Origin: Octopus sinensis
Taxonomy: Eukaryota
Direction of reading: 5' to 3'
Assembly: GCF_006345805.1 (NCBI RefSeq)
Contig: NC_042997.1
Coordinates: forward strand, 109,678,001 to 109,742,000
DNA: 64,000 bases
In this document: piece after piece, positions 38,718 to 51,319 of the stretch
Layout of the letters: each line of letters opens with the position of its first letter
How positions within the stretch are numbered: position 1 is the first letter of the stretch
Position numbers and translations under genes: made by a program
The notes under the pieces: generated by a model
The model's input: only the letters and a program-made list of their open reading frames with translations
Database searches by the model: none
Told to the model about the DNA's origin: nothing

Positions 38718-38778
<61 letters not shown>

Positions 38779-38787
38779 ATATATATC

Positions 38788-38838
<51 letters not shown>

Positions 38839-39907
38839 GTGGTCGGTGTGCAGGACAAGGCAAGAAGAGCTAAACAGATTTGTATAAAAAGGGATATAGA
38901 TAAAGCGAAAGAGAAATGAAGCTAAATGTAGTGGGGAGGGGAAGGGAGGAAAGAAAAGGTCTTGAAAAGAAATAGAGGGAATCTTTCGTTGCCTAGAAGT
39001 GCGTGTGGTGTGTGTGTGTTTCTATGTATATACCTATGTATATATTGGACATACACAAACAGAGGCGTATTATGAAGATTTGTTTGGCATATACCAGTAT
39101 TTTTCTTAAAATACAGATTAATTATCATTTATTCAGAAAGTTTTAACACAATCATCAAAATCAATGTATTGATAATGTTTGGATATCAATAAGACGGCTA
39201 AGGTTGAATATTGCACACACCACACACACACACACACACCACACACACCCACAACACACACCGAGCGGGCGCGCATTCATACATTCTATCTATCTATCTA
39301 TCTATCTTCTATCTGTCTGTTGTCTGTCTGTCTGTACGTCTGTCTGTACGTCTGTCTGTCTGTGCATCTCTCTCTCTCTCTATCTGTCTGTCCATCTCTC
39401 ACTCTATCTATCTATCCATCCATCTCCCTCTCTCTCTCTCTCTCTCTCCCTGCTACTTACCTATCTTTGTATGTCTCTGACTGTCTGTCTGTGTGTCTCT
39501 CTCTGTCTATCTATTCTGCATACGTTATCCATACACAACAGTCACTCTGACCTCTCTCCTCTCTCGCTTTTTCTCTCTCTCTCTCCTCACGCTCACACAT
39601 ACACAGATAAACATGCACACACACACGCGCTTAGCTCTTAGAGTTTACATGTAAAACTTTACAATCAGAAGTTGAAGGTAAAATCGGATGAGACACAAGT
39701 GACTACAATGCACGCACACCACACGCACACCACACACACCCACACCCACACATACCCACACAAAAGAACCCAGCCTAGAAGCTTGTAAACTCTAAGCTGG
39801 CTGCAGCAAATATATTAAAAGATTTGCTGCGTATATAAGCAATCACTTAGCAACGCACATAGAGAGAGATAAGCACATACCTGTAACATACGTGTATGTA
39901 TACACCC

Positions 39908-39945
<38 letters not shown>

Positions 39946-40246
39946 ATCTATCTATCTCTATCTATCTATCTATCTATATCTATCTATCTATCTATCTTTT
40001 ATATATATCTATCTTTTTATAGATATATATATATATATATATATATATAATGTATATATATAGTGTCGGTGTGCAGGACAAGGCAAGAAGGAGCTAAACA
40101 GATTTGTATAAAAAGGGATATAGATAAAGCGAAAGAGAAATGAAGCTAAATGTAGTGGGGAGGGGAAGGGAGGAAAGAAAAGGTCTTGAAAAGAAATAGA
40201 GGGAATCTTTCGTTGCCTAGAAGTGCGTGTGGTGTGTGTGTGTGTG
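37836..40246. repeat. Tandem duplication of a ~1.18-kb unit (copy 1 ~37836-39017, copy 2 ~39018-40246)
   Basis: Unique sequence GTTTCTATGTATATACCTATG...CCTAGAAGTGCGTGTGG occurs twice, joined within TGTGGTGTGTG tracts. Confidence 0.95.
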
Positions 40247-40501
40247 CAAAGAGCAGACAGAAAGAAGTGAAGGGTGGGTGACGGGTAGTGTAATAAGGGT
40301 GCATCGTATTGTCTTACACTCATCTATCAGTTGTGCCGTTTGGTTGGCATCTTAAAACTAAAACTATTCGACTGTCGGGTATTCTGTTACCACCGCCATC
40401 CTCGCCATCGCTACTACTACTACTACTACTACTACTACTAGCAATCTGGTCATCAAGTGATGAATGGAACATAGTAAATTTTTCACATAGAGACACTCAC
40501 G

Positions 40502-40513
40502 CGCGCATGCGCA
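40502..40513. promoter_or_regulatory. NRF1-type palindrome in a CpG-rich unique patch
   Basis: CGCGCATGCGCA matches YGCGCAYGCGCR. It could also derive from CA/CG microsatellite decay. Confidence 0.25.
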
Positions 40514-41459
40514 CTACTTCGCTCGCTCACACTCACACCCACACTCTCGTCTGTCTGTGTGTTTGGTCGTTCCAGTGTTATTTCAGTCCCACCAACCCAA
40601 CGGCGACCTTTAACGTCGCCCCCCCCCCAAACCCGTCTTTCCTTTAAACGATCTTATACATATATTCAACCGACTCCATTTCTCCGATCAGAAGACTTCT
40701 CTGTCAGCGATCGTTCCATTGCCAAGAGTTGAGTTTGCAATCATTGTCATCATCAGCATTGTTGTTGTTGTTGTCGTTGTACTCCTCGTCAAAAGCGTCA
40801 TCATTTGTAATCTAGATCGTCATCACTACCATCACCACCACCATTGTCATCATCATCATTGCTACCGATATCATCTTCGTTGTCGTCGTCCTCTTCCTCC
40901 TCTTCATCATTATCATCATCATCATCTATGTCACCGATATCATCGTCAGCGTCATCATTGTCGTCGCCCTCCTTCTCCACTTCCAATTTCGTCATCATCA
41001 TCATCATCATCATCGCCAGCTTCATTGTTCTTATCCCCGTCATCGTTTCCATCATCACTGTCGTTGCTGGAGTGTACATCACTGTCGTCGCCCCTCCTCT
41101 ACACGCGCGCATCGCCTCCACTCTCTTTCTCTCTGTTTCACACACACACACACACACACACAACCCGATGGATAATATCTGACTCTGCCACTATCCTTCC
41201 TTATCCACGGATCTGGATTCTTTCGCCACGTTTTCCTTCTTTCTTTCCTTTGAAGACTTATTCAAGAAGAAAGCTTTCTTCTTTGACAATTCCCCAATGT
41301 CTGTCTTTAAGATTCCTCACTTTTCCAACATTTTCGATTCTGCATTCATACATGCAAATACACACACAAACACACACATGAATACAGGTACGTGTATACG
41401 CTTGTGTATACAGGCACTCATTCGCACACGCAAATGTATATGAATATATACATACAAGC

Positions 41460-41496
<37 letters not shown>

Positions 41497-42121
41497 AATA
41501 ATATATATATACACAAATGTGAATCAATATTTGTGTTTGCCTGAATGTTCATTTGTATAGAAGTAGAAAATGGACAGAAACGGGCTTTGCGCACGCGCAT
41601 CAAGTGTTTAGGCAGTAGTAGGCTTGTACTAACATGTACAGCATCACAGCTAACCACATAGTAATCACCCATCCTTCTTCCTTCACGTGATACGAATTGA
41701 CGAATAAGCGGTGTTTGTACAACATCCATTGACACTGAACTTTCCTTGGAAGTGGATGCCTCACCACTAAGAGCAACATCATCTGCACGATCAGGTTTAC
41801 TTTTTACATATTTCTAACTAAAACAAATGGATTACTGAGACTTACAAACTCTTAATTCGAATATTGAACATCAATGTCATGTATTCAGTTATTTTTCATT
41901 TGTCTGTTTCTCTCTGTATAACACAGACACACACATATATACACATATATATATACATATACACATATATATATACACACACACATATATATACATACAC
42001 ACACACATATATATATATACATATATATATATATGTGTGTGTGTGTGTGTCTTTTTCTCTCTGTATAACACACATACACACACACATATACACACACACA
42101 TATACATACATACATATACAT

Positions 42122-42161
<40 letters not shown>

Positions 42162-42905
42162 TATATATACAAGCAAATATGTTTGCATATAAGTACACAA
42201 ACATTAATAAAAAGACGTATGTGTGAGTGTTATACATGCATATATGCATATACAAGCATGCACATGTATATATTTCTCGCTTTGTTTCTCTATGTGTATA
42301 CATGCATTCACATGAACACATGCACACACACACACACACACACACGCCTGCGTCTGTGCAGAGGGAAGTATCGAATTTTCATTTCAGCGTATTCTTTAAC
42401 AGATGTTCTTCGTTTGTATACGTGTGTACGCGTCTGCTTCGGTGTGTATAGGTGCTTACTAGTAACAAGTACAACATACACACACATACATATATAAACA
42501 CTGGCGCTGCACTGGTAGTCTTCAAATATTTAAGTGTGTCGTCTGTTCGCTCGCGAATAACTTAACAGAACGTTTAGATAGTCTTTATCTGTTGCAGAAG
42601 GAACGTCTAGACAGACTCGCTTTGTCTCAGCCTGCAAAAAAAAATTCTATTCTGTTTTTATCGTTCTGTGTTTTGTATTTTGTTTTTCACGTATGCCTTT
42701 TGTTTTTCACATATGCTTGTTGCTGTAGTGGTCATAACCATGCCTGCTGGTATGTACACACGCACACATACACAAAACACACACACACGCACTGGCATCG
42801 TGTTGTGTTTTGGAGACCTTGACATCTTTCTCCTCAGAAAATAACTTCATACACAGAACTGAAAGCCAACACTTGAGTTATACTGCATCTCTGCCGACTT
42901 TACAC

Positions 42906-42946
<41 letters not shown>

Positions 42947-42965
42947 ACACACACACATACACATA

Positions 42966-43266
42966 GGTGCAGGAGTGGCTGTGTCGTAAGAAGCTTGCTT
43001 CCCAACCACATGGTTCAGGTTTCAGTTCCCCTGCGTGGCACCCTGGGCAAGATACTTCTTCTATAGCCTCGGATCGACCAAAGCCTTGTGAATAGATCTG
43101 GTTGACGGAAACTGAAAGAAGCCCGTCGTATATATATATATATATATATATATGTATTTATTTATTTATCTATATATTCGTATCTGCGTTTGACTCCCTC
43201 ACCATCGCTTGACAATCGATGTTGGTGTGTTTACGTTCCCTTAACTTAGGACTGAAACAAATAAAA

Positions 43267-43270
<4 letters not shown>
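42966..43270 (+). mobile_element. SINE family A with deletion in the tail half
   Basis: Head and spacer are intact. TAACTTAG is joined directly to GACTGAAACAA. Confidence 0.9.
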
Positions 43271-43296
<26 letters not shown>

Positions 43297-43301
<5 letters not shown>

Positions 43302-43480
43302 AATGCGAAACAAGGTGGAAGAAAGAGTACTCAAATACCAGAGGTAGAGTAATATGCTCTATTAAAAAGTAGCAGAAATATCACAATAACTGTTATTCAG
43401 AGTTTAAAGTTCCCGTTTGTCGGACAGTTTTGTTATATACAAATTCCAGACTTGGTTTAAAGAAACGACAGAGGAAAGGA
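43297..43480 (-). mobile_element. PLE-terminal-like repeat with a decayed hammerhead-like motif
   Basis: Reverse complement of 43390-43427 is CTGT-CCGACAA-ACG-GGAA-CTT-TAAAC-TCTGAAT-A-ACAG, a closing CTGT/ACAG helix around a decayed core. Begins next to (TA)n. Confidence 0.4.
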
Positions 43481-43562
43481 ATTTTTACTCATATAACTTA
43501 TGTATATACTAGCAAGCAGTTATATACATAATCACACTCACATATTCACACACACACACCAC

Positions 43563-43618
<56 letters not shown>

Positions 43619-43619
43619 C

Positions 43620-43669
<50 letters not shown>

Positions 43670-43676
43670 TCACACA

Positions 43677-43707
<31 letters not shown>

Positions 43708-45205
43708 ACACACTCACACATATATATATATATATATATATACACACTCACACACATATACATATATACACACACAGATGCACACATAAGCGAATCAGTT
43801 GTATAATGGCGAGGAATCGCAGACTAATGAATAGTTTGGTTACTTTCAACAGAACCGATATCGAATTGCTGGCAAGGAAAATCGAAATTTTCGAAATAAC
43901 ATGCAATTTATAGACTGCTGAAAGTAGTTTTGTGAACATGCGTAGGTTTAATATCGAAAACTTCGACACACACACACACACCTCTGTATACACAACACTT
44001 GTAACATTTGCTGTTAAATAAATACGAGACAAACAATTTGGAATTGGTATGGCGTATTTATGGATGTGTGGGGAGAAATATTGTTGAAGATACAGAGATA
44101 TAGACACATCGGCGCAACACTCACACACACACGCGTCGCTTACAATTTTTGAAAAATATATGCGCTAATGTAATAAAGATGTAGAATTTTGTATTTAAAA
44201 CGGTTTTACGGATCCATATATAATACATAAACTTATACATGCTATCGTCCACGAAACCTGCCATTCGTTTGCAATATTCCCGCTCCACCCTCACTCGCAG
44301 ACAGAAAGGAAGAGGGAATGAGAGAATCATACATAAACTCACAGGCGTACATATGTCTAGATTTATGCACGCTCAAATATTTACACAAATATACCTCTGT
44401 ACATATCCACACAAATGCACACATATACCTGTGTACTTCAACACACAACTAATATGCCTCAATACATCCTCGCTGAACTATATGCATATACACACCTCTA
44501 ACCCAGCCCCATTCTCTCTCCCCAAATACACGGTATTTATACATCTATATAGAAGAGTTTGCATGGCGTTTCCAATCATAAACTTTCCCCATTTCCACCG
44601 GAAGTATGTTTAGCTATTTTCTAGATTTCCGTTATAAAACACTTTATCTCTTCATTATACATTTGCCCCCCGGATATAGGCCAATTAATCATTTGAAATC
44701 GATATTCTATCGCCATCAACATGCTTTTCTTCCTCCCCTCGATAACATCTTGTTCACTCGTCTTCTTTTTCTTATTTTTGATTTTCTATTTTATTCCCGT
44801 TCGATTTTTTTTAAGGAAATCTTAAATTCTTTTTACATTTTCCTTCATTAACCCTTTTACATTGTCAGTTTATATATTGTTTCATCCTCCCCTCTCTCTC
44901 TCACTCTCGTTTTAAATTCCAGCGTTTTTGCAAATTCCTGCTGCGAAGAAATCTATATAACTCTAATTAAAACTTGAAGTGTGATTTCACTACGGAAACT
45001 TAGGCTGTCGATGAAAGTTTCCACACATTCATACGTATCAGCCGCAAATTACTCAATAGAGCAGACATCCTCCAGACTAACTCTCACAAACGTTGTCTGA
45101 GATCTCTTACAAATATCTTTGACTAAATACCCATATCGCTATCCTTCCCTCAAATATTTCCTATAATATCTCACCCTGTTACTTTCTACGATATCTCGGT
45201 TAAAC

Positions 45206-45350
45206 AGTTCTATATTTAAGAGATAAGGAATTATGTACATTATTTAAATTTGACGGATATTTGTCCTCATCTTGTTCGTTGTATTTCAGCTGAAACGTTG
45301 TGTTAACAACAAACAAGATGAGGACAAATATCCGTCAAATTTAAATAATG
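45206..45350. mobile_element. Fold-back insertion derived from a PLE terminal repeat, with TSD
   Basis: Perfect 41-bp inverted repeat at 45236-45276 and 45312-45352. The loop contains GAAACGTTG. 14-bp direct repeats TATCTCGGTTAAAC (45192-45205) and TATTTCGGTTAAAC (45351-45364) flank it. Confidence 0.75.
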
Positions 45351-45519
45351 TATTTCGGTTAAACGTGTGATTTTTACACCTCACTCACCGTCCGAGTGCA
45401 CCGTCCTGACTTCAGCCATTTGCCCCTGCTTATAGATCCCTGTAAATAGTTTTAGCTCGGTCTCAATATTAACTTGGTTATGTCAGATCATTAAGGAGTT
45501 GACGCCAACGCCTATTTTC

Positions 45520-46294
45520 GGAAGTATGGCCGTGCGGTTAAAAGTTTCATTCTGAACCGCATGGTTCCAGGTTCTGTCTCATTGTGTGGCACCTTAGGCA
45601 AGTGTTCTAGTATAACCGCAGGCTGACCAAAGCCTTATCGGTGGTGTTGGTAGACAGAAACTGAAAGAAGCCTGTCCTGTGTATGTTTGTGTGTGTGTAA
45701 AAAAAAAGGGTAAAGTCCCCTTTCGGCCATAAATGACCATGAACTGCATCTAGAAAGTCCCCCTCCGAGGTACAAATTCGGGTAAAGTTGTGTTATGGAA
45801 GACCAGCAGTCGCCATGAATACCAGCGTCCTTTCTCCATGCCACTGATATTATCCAAGGGAAAGGCTTAGGGGCCGATACAGCTTGGCACCAGTGACGCC
45901 ACAACTCATTTCTACAGCTGATTGAACTGGATCAATGGGAAATAATGTGTCTTGCTCAAGGACACAATATATATTATATATATATATGTCGTCCGTTTGT
46001 ATAAAATATTTAAATTGAATTGAATTTATAATCGTTCAGTTTATTGTTTTGTTTTTCCATTTCTGGTATATATTTGCGTGTGCACGTGTGTCTGTGTTTG
46101 TCACCCTGCACCGCTTGACAACCGGTGTCGGTGTTTTTACGTCCCCATAACATAGCAGTTCGGCAGAAGAGGCCGACAGAATAAGAACTAGGCTTGAAAA
46201 ATGTACCTTGGTCGATTCGTTCGACTAAACAGTTTTCAGGGCGGTGCTCCGGCATGGCCGGAGTCTAATGACTGAAGTAAATAAAAAAGTAAGA
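45520..46294 (+). mobile_element. Old SINE family A split at its spacer (5' part 45520-45690, 3' part 46086-46294)
   Basis: Both halves align to consensus on either side of a nested insertion. Confidence 0.75.
45699..45968 (-). mobile_element. SINE family C, 5'-truncated, nested in the SINE-A spacer
   Basis: Reverse complement begins TTGTGTCCTTGAGCAAGACAC (CORE/V-like motif) and ends GGGGACTTTACCC plus a T-run. Confidence 0.75.
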
Positions 46295-46394
46295 GGAGGG
46301 GGGGGTGTATGGTGTGTGTGTGTGTGTATGGGTCTTCTAGAACAGTTTACTGAAGTCTCTCATAGTTTGTTCCACACCGGCACGACTAAAACGC

Positions 46395-46566
46395 TTCCGC
46401 TACGTTCTGAGTTCAAATTCCGCCGAGGTCGACTTTGCCTTTCAAACTTTCGGAGTCGATTAAATAAGTACCAGTTACGCACTGGGGTCGATGTAATCTA
46501 CTTAATCCCTTTGTCTGTTCTTGATTGTCCCCTCTATGTTTAGCGCCCTGTGGGCAATAAAGAAAT
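46395..46566 (+). mobile_element. SINE family B monomer, 5'-truncated, tail 1
   Basis: B box, body and tail GCCCTGTGGGCAATAAAGAAAT. Confidence 0.9.
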
Positions 46567-47037
46567 ATATATATAATACGGCTAGAAACGCATACATGCA
46601 TGGATGTCGTGGCTTATGTGGTCGCCAGCATCGTTTGAAGACAAATGCCTTTAGAATTTCTGATGAGGTGCCCACCACGACTGCCTTACGTTGATTATAT
46701 GTAAATTTTCGATTCTGTGACAAATGTGCAGCATATGATTCTATCAAGAATCAGTTTATTTCGTGTTGTTGAACGCAATGGTTTTCAGTACTGGTGTTGA
46801 ACAGAACTTTTTAGCCATAAATGGAGTGTAGTGGTCGGCTGATGCCATCAAAAGTGTGTATGAATAGAAGCATCCTATGCTGGTCTCCTGAATCTTTTGA
46901 TATTTTTGATGAAAGACTAATTTGGTTTTCGAAATTGTAATGCTAAGACAAAAAGTATACACGACATTATCTCTCAGACTTTCTGTCATATGGAATTTGA
47001 GGAGCACTGCGTTCTCTATCTCATATATTTATATATA

Positions 47038-47091
<54 letters not shown>

Positions 47092-47502
47092 CTAGCAGCA
47101 TAGCCCGGCGTTGCCCGGGTATGTAAGAGCCCCTAGTAGGCAACGACTAATCCCAATCTAGTCCTTTCCCTCTAGGGAACGAAGGCGCATGTGTAGGTTG
47201 CAATGTCTTCTCTTCGCTGGAATACTTCTGTGTATACGATGTTCCTAGCTGTCCCTTTGGGCGATAAAATGGTCGAGTTGTGTCCCCTAGACAGAAATAA
47301 TGATTCTCGACCCCATGTCGAATTCATCGATTTTTTTCAGAACTGGGGGAACTTTTAAAAATTTTCGCTGCGTTAGTTTTGAATTATGACATTGGGCTAT
47401 GTGTGTGTCAAGTTTCATCAGAATCGGTTGAAAGCCGTGGTCATGGTGAGGGTACAACCTGACAGACACACAGACAGACAAACTACCGTTTATATAGAGA
47501 GA
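47092..47502 (-). mobile_element. Non-autonomous Helitron, intact ends
   Basis: Minus strand begins TC (47502-47501) after a host A and carries a (CTGT)-type microsatellite near the 5' end. It has a CCCGG-N6-CCGGG hairpin (47104-47119) just inside a CTAG 3' end, followed by a host T. No TSD. Confidence 0.9.
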
Positions 47503-47513
47503 TTACATGTGTG

Positions 47514-47557
<44 letters not shown>

Positions 47558-47637
47558 TATATATATATATGTGTGTGTGTGTGTGTATGTCTGTGTTTAT
47601 ATATATATATGTGTGTGTGTGTGTATGTCTGTGTTTG

Positions 47638-47670
<33 letters not shown>

Positions 47671-48074
47671 ATGTCTGTGTTTGTATATATATATATATGT
47701 GTGTGTGTATATATGTATGTATACATGTGCATATTGTGTGTGTGTATACACACACACACATATATGTATGTATGTATATATATGTATGTATACACACACC
47801 TAATGAAGTTCATAACGTAATTGTTTATTGCTTTTCATCTCAGTTTCGTGTGTGTGTGTGTGTGTGTGTCTGTCTGTCTAAGCCGTTTGAGTATAAATTC
47901 CTTTCCTATTTCGTTTCTTTAAATCATGTCTGGAATTTACTGTTGCAATCCAATGTAAGATTATTTATAAAAAAAATTGTTTTCTACCGCAAAAGTTATG
48001 TAATTTCCTTAATAGACAGAGATATACTAATTAAAAAAACAAAACAAAATGCAATAATAATAATGATGATGATG

Positions 48075-48114
<40 letters not shown>

Positions 48115-48993
48115 TGATGATGATGATTTTATTTATTTGCCACAATGATAATACTAAAGCAATGTCATCAGGATTCGATTTAATGGAATTTTCCATCTAC
48201 GAAATTGCTTGTTTACCTTCAATCAAATTTTACACATATAAGCTTATACATATATATATATATATATACAAAACTCATCCACATGCATATTACAGCGTAC
48301 GTGCATTCGCATGTGCAAGTCTGTGCATGTGCTTTATAATACAAAGAATACAAGATTGAATTTTTGCAAAATTGAATAAATATGTCGCTCTTTTTCTTAC
48401 GTCTGAATCTGCAGACTTCGAACAAGTTTTTACGTTCGCCCGTCTCTCTCTCTCTCTTTCACCCTCTCTCACTCCCCCTCTCTCACTTTGTATCTATCTA
48501 TCTCAATCTTTCTCTCCATTTCTCTCCTTTCTCTCTTCCCTCTCTCCCTTTTTGCTTACTGACTCTCTTGCTCCCTCTTTCTCGGGACTTTACCCTTTTT
48601 CCCCCCTCATTCTTTATCTCTGTTTCGTCCCACTCCGCCTCCTTCTACACATGGCTACGTTTTATTTCTTATTCCTTCTCTCATGCTACATCCCCCTCTC
48701 CTCTTTTCCCTCCCGCCTGCGCACCCCTTCATCCCCCATCCCCTTCTGACATTTAGGGAGACAGAAGACATCCTTAGATGTAATTCTTTTGAAGATAAAA
48801 CCTAAACAAACATCACTTTAAACTTATCGTACCTTTCCGATATCCATCGAGTAACCCCGCCCTGACATCCCACCCACCCCTTATGCACACACACACACAC
48901 ACACATCATGCATATATATATATATATATGTTTATATATACGTGTGTATATATATATATATATGTATGTATATATACCTATATATAAAATATA

Positions 48994-49031
<38 letters not shown>

Positions 49032-49059
49032 CTTATATACATAAAGAGATATATATATA

Positions 49060-49078
49060 CATGTATGTTTGATAAAAT

Positions 49079-49112
<34 letters not shown>

Positions 49113-49299
49113 ATGATTATATATATATATATATATATACATGTATGATGATATACATATATATATATATTATACAGTATGTATGATTATATATATTATA
49201 TATATATATATATACATACATGTATGTATGATATATATATAATATATATATATAATGTATGTATGATATATATATATATATATATACATGCTGTATGTA

Positions 49300-49341
<42 letters not shown>

Positions 49342-49342
49342 A

Positions 49343-49382
<40 letters not shown>
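49060..49382. repeat. Compound (AT)n / CATGTATGTATGAT minisatellite
   Basis: Direct reading. Confidence 0.85.
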
Positions 49383-49384
<2 letters not shown>

Positions 49385-49726
49385 GAAGTAAACAAATGTT
49401 TCTCGTTGTTTTGGAGAAGTAATCTGACAAGACAATGACGGACAACCCATTCTCTGTGTAACCGGATTAATGAAGAAAAAGGAGCAGTGTGGGGGATGGA
49501 TGGATAGATAGATAGATAGAGACTATGTTTTTACCAAAGTGGTGATGGTGAGAGTGAAGAATGTACCTTTACTAGGGGCAGGAAGGGAGGACTACTTTTT
49601 TCTATTTCAAATTCTTCAATATTTTGATGTCTATGATGGTTGTTCTGGAATTATCTTCAATTAAGGTTTTCTTCCATTTCCATGACGTTTTTACTGCCAA
49701 ATATTTACCCATACTCTCTTGCTTAA

Positions 49727-49789
<63 letters not shown>

Positions 49790-50081
49790 CACCCCCTTTC
49801 AGTTTTTCTTTTCCCTGCCGTTTATTTTCTCCCCCCCCTGCTCTTCTCAAGCTAAAATCTAAGTAAAATCCCCCCCCCCATACTCGTGGCCCATCATTGT
49901 TTCACAATATTCTTACTTTCCTTTTTTGTCTCCTCAGATTGGGAGTGGTGTATGCCCCCCACCCCCTCCTGCTTTTCTTTCTCATTCTGTGTGTGTGTGT
50001 GTATGCCTGTATATGAATATGTGTGTACGTAGGTATATGTCTATCTTATTTCCTCTTCCACATCTATGTTTATATATAAAC

Positions 50082-50139
<58 letters not shown>

Positions 50140-51285
50140 TCTTATTGTTGCTGTTGTTGTAGCTGTTAATCATGACGGGCGATGTTTACAAAGAACTTCT
50201 GTGATAGACGGGACTTTCTGAATTATTGAAAAAAAAAAGAACATTATGCCAAGACAATGGCTCCAAGTATGAAGATATTCCATGTAATGATGTGTGTGTG
50301 TGTGTCGGGGGTATATATATCTGGCAGGTTTGTTTTAAGCAGTAAAGAAGCAGTAATGTACATCTCTAGAATAAAACAGAACCGGACGAAAACAGACCAC
50401 ATGTCTAGTCATTAAAAAAATAATCGGTTTCTTCCATCAAACCCGCAGATGTTTTTCACATGTTAGTATCAACCACAGTAACATGCAGTAACTTAATCAC
50501 GGCCATGGCGCGCTCTGACGCTAACAAAGATAGATTTTAATGCCGTCCACGATTAACTGCAACCACCTCCATTGGAGCGCTTGATTTCGATGAAGTGGGG
50601 CGTAGGCTACTCCACTTGTGGGGTCTATCACAATATCAAAAATATTGTTCCCCTTCATTGGAGGCCCTGCAGTTAATGAGGCTCTGGGCTTAAGCCTGCC
50701 AAACATACAGCTGAATCTGGTATTACTTTAATGGTTCTGTTGTAGGGATCTGATAATACCCTTTCAAAGACGAAATCAAAATTGCTTAACCCTTTCTATG
50801 ACATTCTCATAAATTTGTCCCAAATGCCCATACTTGTTTTTATACTGTAAGCAAACCCTTGTTTTATACATTGTGAAAAATATAAAGCTTTCCTTTCATA
50901 AGTATCAAGTTATTCTGGTGGTTGAAAATAATTGGGAATATGTATCATACCAAATGCATAGACACCACTGAAATATGTTCTTTGCATCACATGTGAGACA
51001 CAAGACAGGAAATGGTTAATGGCCGTGTCACTTCGTCTCTCATTAGAAGCTTGTCAGAATTTTCAGATCTCGAAGAACTTGTTTCCACTGCACTGATGAT
51101 GGAAAACTGGATTGGAACTCTGAACACAAGGAACCAGAGCACATTCCGCAATGGGATTCGACCAATCCATCGGTCATTTATGCAGCCACTCCGAAAGTGT
51201 GATGTGAACATGACCCGCCCAGAACCTCGATAAATATCACAAAGCTTCCTACCCAACAATCTAACCATGCTGCCAATAAGCTTTT

Positions 51286-51319
<34 letters not shown>

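Noticed and set aside
40719-41381. 220-aa His/Ser-rich ORF and an acidic antisense ORF
   Set aside because: Produced by (CAT/CGT)n low-complexity sequence and runs into (CA)n.
50786-50796. piggyBac-like end TTAA-CCCTTTC
   Set aside because: No matching opposite terminus found nearby.
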